Both the position numbers and the translations under genes were made by a program. Shown piece after piece: positions 56,484 through 64,000 of a DNA stretch of 64,000 nt. Source of the stretch: Armatimonadota bacterium (GTDB taxonomy: Bacteria; Armatimonadota; HRBIN16). Location: the NCBI GenBank assembly GCA_963677485.1, contig OY781964.1:2336001-2400000 (forward strand), read 5' to 3'. Below the pieces are notes generated by a model. The model searched no databases and was not told where the DNA came from. It saw only the letters and a list, made by a program, of their open reading frames with translations. Numbering within the stretch: position 1 is the first letter of the stretch; each line of letters begins with the position of its first letter.

Positions 56484-58611
56484 AGGAGTGTGCGCCATCA
56501 TGACAGCAGCAATCGCCGCCTCAGCCATGGCTCAGGCACAGAATCCGGCTATCAAAATCTCGGTGAACAACAAGAGCACTGGTATGGGTCAGACGATAGA
56601 ACTCACCGCGAAGTCGAGTCTGCCCAACGGCAAACCCGCCGCTGGCTGGATGATCCTGCCATACGTGAACGGCCAGCGATGGGGCGCTCACGAATTCGCC
56701 GATGCACAAGGCAAAGCCGTGTTCCAGATACCTCTGCCCCGTGTGGGCAAGCAGATCATCACCGCCAGTGCCATGACCACCGCGGAGGACCCCTCCCATT
56801 GGATATGGGCGGACAAGGTGTCGGATGGCCAGACCATCACCGTGCGCCACAGTTTTAACATCAAGGGCAAGCCGCTCAGCTCTCAGCTTTGGGTCGCCGT
56901 TGATGACAACTGCGTGACCAAAATCAACGGCAAGTCACTGGGCGAGTCTGGCGGCTGGTTGGGTAACCGGAAGCTGCGTATACCCTCAAGCCTGCTTGTG
57001 TCCGGCGAGAACAAGATTGAGTCTGTGGTCAATAACGGCAGCGGGCCCGCCGGTTTCCTGCTTCGGCTGGAGATAGAGACAGACGCAGGCCCACAGCTTG
57101 TGGTCTCCGACAAATCCTGGACGGTGCAGGAAGGCGCATCATCAGCCGTCGCCGTGAAAGACCTTGGGCCCGCCAGCGATGGTCAGTGGAGCATGGACAA
57201 GTGGCCAGGCTCTAGCAATAAGGCGCAGATGTATACGGGCGCCGTCATCAGCCCCGACATGCCCGTGTCCAACCCAGTGGTTGTGGATGTGCTGCGCCGT
57301 GAGCTGCAGGCACCGTCGAAAGACCCCAAGCATCTCATAGTGATGCAGTGGGAAAACTGGTATAGCAAAACCATCTATAGCTGGGGCACCGCTCAAGCCG
57401 TGCCAGTGATGGGATTCTACAACTCCGCCGACGAGAACGTGATGCGTCAGCACATCATATGGATGATCGAGGCAGGCACCGACATTATCCAATGCGATAT
57501 GAGCAACAACATCTGGGATGTCAAAGACTGGGATGACCGCGCGGGTATGGTCAACGAGCTGTTCTTCATCAACCAACTGATGCTGGAGACCATGGCCAAG
57601 ATGAAGGATGAGGGCATCGACGTGCCCAAATTCATGATTCTGTCCGGCGTTAACTGGACCGAAAATGGCCCGAAGGTTGTCAACGCGCAGCTCAACGCAC
57701 TCTACCATACGTTTGTGAACAACCCGCGCTGGGCTGATCTTTATTACCGACTAGACGGTAAGCCGGTGGTGTTATTGCTAGACCTGCCCGGTAAATACTA
57801 CGCGGAGCGAGCCATTCTTGACAAACGCTGGAACATACGATTCGCCAGCATCAGCATGGAAAAGAACGTCGACCAGCGCAACAAGGGCTTCTGGAGCTGG
57901 ATGGATAATGAGGCCACCAGTGTGCCAGGCCCGGATGGCAAGCCCGAGGCGATCACCGCATCCATCGGCTGCTTCAACGACGGCGGCTGGCTCGATCCCG
58001 GTAGCCATGGCCGGCGAGGCGGTGCCACCTTCGTAGAGGACTGGCAGACCGTGATGAAGGACAAACCGCAGCATATCTTCATCCACCAGTTCCAAGAGTT
58101 CGCCGGTCAGCCGGAGGGTCAGGGATACGGTGACAAACACGACCGCTACGTAGACAGCTACAGCGTCGACCTCAGCGACGACCTGGAGCCGGTCTCGCTC
58201 ACCACCCCTGCCTACCGCGGCAAGGGCGGCTGGGGATATTTCTACCTCAACTTGAACAAAGCTCTGGTGGACCTGCTGCGACAGAAGACACTCGAGACCT
58301 CCGTGCTGGTGGTCGCGAAGCCAGACCGACGCCACGAGGTCTCCGGTGACAGCATGGAGCTTGAGTGGCGCACAGTGGGCAAACCTCTTGCTGAGGGTGT
58401 CACCATCGCCATCGACGGTAAGGTAGTCGCCACCGGCGTGAAGGATCCTACCTTGAAGTTGGACATCAGCAAGCTCAAGAAGGGCCTGCACACTATCACG
58501 CTGACAGCCCCAGGGGCGATGCAGCGTTACCGTCTGGCTTGGGACGATGACAGCCTGCCGCTGGCCCAGTTGGAGCCAGCCATTGTGAGCATGGAGTTCC
58601 TCCGCAAGTAA
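56473..58611 (+). CDS. Secreted multidomain GH99/GH71-like protein, paralog 4
   Basis: Colinear; lacks the C-terminal KEK-tail that encodes the next RBS in paralogs 1-3. Confidence 0.6.
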   Translation: MLNKGVCAIMTAAIAASAMAQAQNPAIKISVNNKSTGMGQTIELTAKSSLPNGKPAAGWMILPYVNGQRWGAHEFADAQGKAVFQIPLPRVGKQIITASAMTTAEDPSHWIWADKVSDGQTITVRHSFNIKGKPLSSQLWVAVDDNCVTKINGKSLGESGGWLGNRKLRIPSSLLVSGENKIESVVNNGSGPAGFLLRLEIETDAGPQLVVSDKSWTVQEGASSAVAVKDLGPASDGQWSMDKWPGSSNKAQMYTGAVISPDMPVSNPVVVDVLRRELQAPSKDPKHLIVMQWENWYSKTIYSWGTAQAVPVMGFYNSADENVMRQHIIWMIEAGTDIIQCDMSNNIWDVKDWDDRAGMVNELFFINQLMLETMAKMKDEGIDVPKFMILSGVNWTENGPKVVNAQLNALYHTFVNNPRWADLYYRLDGKPVVLLLDLPGKYYAERAILDKRWNIRFASISMEKNVDQRNKGFWSWMDNEATSVPGPDGKPEAITASIGCFNDGGWLDPGSHGRRGGATFVEDWQTVMKDKPQHIFIHQFQEFAGQPEGQGYGDKHDRYVDSYSVDLSDDLEPVSLTTPAYRGKGGWGYFYLNLNKALVDLLRQKTLETSVLVVAKPDRRHEVSGDSMELEWRTVGKPLAEGVTIAIDGKVVATGVKDPTLKLDISKLKKGLHTITLTAPGAMQRYRLAWDDDSLPLAQLEPAIVSMEFLRK

Positions 58612-58619
58612 ACGTGCCT

Positions 58620-58647
58620 GGAGGGGCGGCCAACAGCCGCCCCTCCT
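58620..58647 (+). terminator. Stem-loop after the paralog operon
   Basis: ggaggggcggc-caaca-gccgcccctcc; weak U tract. Confidence 0.55.
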
Positions 58648-58818
58648 GCCAGCTTTCGCTTGGCGGGAACCAACGCAAAGCGGAGTTCCCATCCATCCGA
58701 TCTGTCCGATCCGTCGGATTCTGTGTAGTCCGTCGTTCAGGCACTCACTCTGCTCGGTCCAACCGATGGCCGCAGAACGCACCAAACGCCAGAGGCAAAC
58801 ATCGCAGTCTCCCATCTC

Positions 58819-58848
58819 TTGACAGGAAATTATGTTAAGGAGTATAGT
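58819..58848 (+). promoter_or_regulatory. Sigma70 promoter for RDD gene
   Basis: TTGACA-N18-TATAGT. Confidence 0.65.
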
Positions 58849-58932
58849 CCAACTATGCTGTGCGATAAAAGCTTATTCATTGATAAAGCATAGATGCTGA
58901 TTCCAACAGATTGTTAATATTTCGAGGGGACA

Positions 58933-59688
58933 ATGGATAATAACTCGACAGATCACCCGAATAACACTGATGACCATGCATCACCGAAGGTGTTCACCCC
59001 ACCGGCAGGCGGCTGGCTTGACCTATCGTCCAAAACTAAGAACCGAAATGGGCGTGTATCGAAGCTTATTGATTCATTTAATAGTCCAATAGCATGGGAT
59101 TTACCGATAGAGGGAGTAAGCCCGCGTTTCGCTCTCCTAGTAAGTCGTGCAGGGGCGATGATCACTGACCGCTATTACATTCTAGTAGCGTATCTTCTAT
59201 ACAGTTTTATAATGCATATGTGGACGCCAAATGCTATCACCGCGGATGGACCGAGTGATGCATTATACAACTGCGATCAGTGGAACTGGCTGCTCGTATG
59301 TATCATCATGGCGGTTTATGGTCTTCCATTTCTGCAGGGTACATTGCTCATTTGCATCTATGTTGTGTACGGGGTATGTTTGTGTGGTGCCACCCCGGGC
59401 ATGCGCACCTGGGGTATTCATGTCAGCACAGCCGATAAAACACCATTGACATGGCCCCGAGTTGTCTTATGGCATTTTGTCTCAATCCTGTCGGGTTTCT
59501 GTCTGGGCATCGGGTATCTGTGGGCGCTCATTGACAAGCAGGGTCGAACCTGGCACGATATCGCCGCTGGGGTTGTCGTGACTCGAACGGCCAGGAGCAT
59601 TGAGCACACACCTCGAAGCCAATTCCATGTCAGACGTATGTCAACCACCACCAAGCGTAGACCCGGACGCTCAAGGTTTATCATCTGA
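58933..59688 (+). CDS. RDD family membrane protein
   Basis: RAGAMITD, GATPGMRTWGIHV, GYLWALIDKQGRTWHDIAAG. Confidence 0.88.
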   Translation: MDNNSTDHPNNTDDHASPKVFTPPAGGWLDLSSKTKNRNGRVSKLIDSFNSPIAWDLPIEGVSPRFALLVSRAGAMITDRYYILVAYLLYSFIMHMWTPNAITADGPSDALYNCDQWNWLLVCIIMAVYGLPFLQGTLLICIYVVYGVCLCGATPGMRTWGIHVSTADKTPLTWPRVVLWHFVSILSGFCLGIGYLWALIDKQGRTWHDIAAGVVVTRTARSIEHTPRSQFHVRRMSTTTKRRPGRSRFII

Positions 59689-59744
59689 CACCTTTTGAGC
59701 ACACTGTCCTGGGCGGTCACGATTCGCGCCGAAGGTCTGCTAGG

Positions 59745-59924
59745 AACCCAGCGCAAAGGCGCAATGGTGCAAGGACGCAGAGGCGGGGTGCCCATCCGTC
59801 CTATTGGTCCGATCTGTCCCATCCGTCGGATTCCCGGATTGTCTGAACCACGGATTACGCGGATTACACGGATAGGTTCGGATGGGGACGGGAAATGCCA
59901 ATCGGGAGATTGGCGTTCCCAGGG
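59745..59924. repeat. Mosaic cluster including a reverse copy of the REP + 9-mer composite at 22506-22580
   Basis: Reverse complement of 59838-59923 reads cctgggaacgccaatctcccgattggcat...atccgtgtaatccgcgtaatccgtggttcagacaat. Confidence 0.85.
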
Positions 59925-60009
59925 GAAGATGCGCGTAGGGGTTGACATCCTACTCACCATCATAATTCTTTGTTCAAACAAATGAACACCCCGACCCACG
60001 CCCATCTCC

Positions 60010-61107
60010 CTACCAGACGCGGGAATCCGGCACCGGCAGCCAGGAGCTATCCTGGAGAACCGACTGCTGGCTGACCAAACCCGGCAATGTCATATCCATC
60101 GTCTCATGGATGCCGATCGGCATCTTTCTACCAGAGACGATTGCATCGACGAAATCCACCACCTGCCAGTAGTCACCGCCCCCATGACCGGCTTCGAGGG
60201 CCTCTCTGGGTGGGTCAAGATACTTTTCGGGCAGGAATTCCCCCTCCAGATCAGCTAGCGGCATCCATTCGATCTTCTCTGACTGGCTGCGGAGCCAGAT
60301 TCGGGCCTGGTCTCCGAACCCTCTCCCCGCCTCATAACAACCCTCAGTGCCCTGCAACGAATAGAAGATGCTGCTGGGCCGGTTGGAGAGCATATCCACC
60401 CGCAGCTTCACCAGCGCACCGCTCGCTGTCTTGCCAAGCAGGATGCATCCGTCCTGCGCCTCGTAAGCGGCTCCAGAGGCATCGGTGTAGTGATGGCCGG
60501 AACCCGCGCAACTGACCGACACAATCCGTTCGCCCATCCACTGCAGCAGCGGACCGGTGCTGTGCGTGCCGTATGTGATGCCATCCACACCCGTCTGCCA
60601 CTTTCGACGCCACTTGGTGATCTCATTCAACGCCTTGAGCTCATGCAGATACTCGCCTTCTGCGAAAGAGATGGTGCCAAAAAGACCTGCTTTGACGATG
60701 TTTTCGATCAGCACACTCTCTTTGGTATAACAACAGTTTTCAGCCATCATATACTGGCCTTTGCTCACATTCACCGCTTGTAAAAGCCGCTTGGCCTCAT
60801 CCAAAGAGACTACGGCCGGAACCTCACCCAACACGTGCAGCCCGCGCTCCAGTGCGGCAATGCAGTGATCTGCGTGGCATGGCATTGGGGTTGCGACCAC
60901 CACGATATCGGGCTTCGCTTGATCCAGCATCTGCGTGTAATCGGCGTAGAGCTCCGCACCCTCCGGGTTGTTGGCGATGCCCGCCAACTTCTCACTGTCC
61001 ATGTCGCACAGTGCCACAACCTGCGTACTGGGGTGAGAGCTGAACGGAATCATGAAGCTGCTCCCGCGGCCTGCCGCACCGACAATGGCGACCTTGATAT
61101 CCTTCAT
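60010..61107 (-). CDS. Gfo/Idh/MocA family oxidoreductase
   Basis: KVAIVGAAGRG, VVATP..HADH, HVLGEVP, YMMAENCCY, EGEYLH, GHGGGD. Confidence 0.93.
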   Translation of the reverse strand: MKDIKVAIVGAAGRGSSFMIPFSSHPSTQVVALCDMDSEKLAGIANNPEGAELYADYTQMLDQAKPDIVVVATPMPCHADHCIAALERGLHVLGEVPAVVSLDEAKRLLQAVNVSKGQYMMAENCCYTKESVLIENIVKAGLFGTISFAEGEYLHELKALNEITKWRRKWQTGVDGITYGTHSTGPLLQWMGERIVSVSCAGSGHHYTDASGAAYEAQDGCILLGKTASGALVKLRVDMLSNRPSSIFYSLQGTEGCYEAGRGFGDQARIWLRSQSEKIEWMPLADLEGEFLPEKYLDPPREALEAGHGGGDYWQVVDFVDAIVSGRKMPIGIHETMDMTLPGLVSQQSVLQDSSWLPVPDSRVW

Positions 61108-61199
61108 CTGCGTGCTCCTTCAGGGTGATGTGCTTATAGCAGTATTCGTGATTGGGTGGAGGGAATCATGCATTTGTGGGGCGGTGTCGCCTCGCTTTT

Positions 61200-61415
61200 T
61201 ACCGCAGTTGAACGCGGATGGACGCGGATGGGAGGGAAACAAATCGGGATATTAGCGTTCCAAGGAAAGGCGACGGTAGGGGAGGCCCACCATGATGATC
61301 GGTCCGATCCGTCCCATCCGTCGGATTCGTACCCAAGAAACGGATAGACCGCCCCGGTTAGGAGAAAACCGGCGCAGACATAGGCACGGCGGGGGCGGTT
61401 GGCGAACCGCCCCCA
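61200..61415. repeat. Mosaic cluster (10-mer and 9-mer repeats, family A remnant, terminal hairpin ggggcggttggcgaaccgcccc)
   Basis: accgcagttgaacgcggatggacgcggat; agaccgccccggttaggagaaaaccggcg. Confidence 0.7.
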
Positions 61416-61429
61416 TGATACAGCCGCCC

Positions 61430-64000
<2,571 letters not shown>

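Noticed and set aside
49978-58611. DGR variable/template repeats or one frameshifted polyprotein
   Set aside because: No reverse transcriptase, differences are not adenine-specific, and each gene has its own RBS and signal peptide.
59942-59966. Sigma70 promoter TTGACA...CATAAT
   Set aside because: Spacer is only 13 nt and it points into the 3' end of a convergent gene.

Overview
GC-rich bacterial chromosomal segment. The C-terminal dockerin-like/EF-hand tail on one secreted protein and the many large secreted glycan-enzyme-like proteins suggest Armatimonadota, but that assignment is inference. Housekeeping content: tRNA-Leu/Gly/Gly operon, mnmG, hisC, partial secA, an RND efflux operon, an AlgI/AlgJ/AlgX O-acetylation cluster, a HepT/MntA toxin-antitoxin pair, and a GT-C/HAD/MFS operon. 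Most striking is a compact, apparently intact Mu-like phage head and lysis gene set: protease with a nested scaffold start, cement protein, gpT-type capsid, small membrane protein and adaptor, then a separate portal + M15 endolysin unit. It is split in two by host repeats and a host ABC ATPase, and the window has no terminase, tail, integrase, transposase or replication gene for it. It is a candidate domesticated, GTA-like system. Also notable: the right end of an IS110 element with an IS621-type donor half-site and an unusually long structured 3' region; a ~250-nt branched structured element in several copies; mosaic intergenic clusters built from many REP/MITE families; a degenerate duplicate of the mnmG 3' end; a glycyl radical enzyme with atypical motifs; and four tandem, partly chimeric GH99/GH71-like paralogs. 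All calls come from reading motifs by eye; no searches or folding programs were run.
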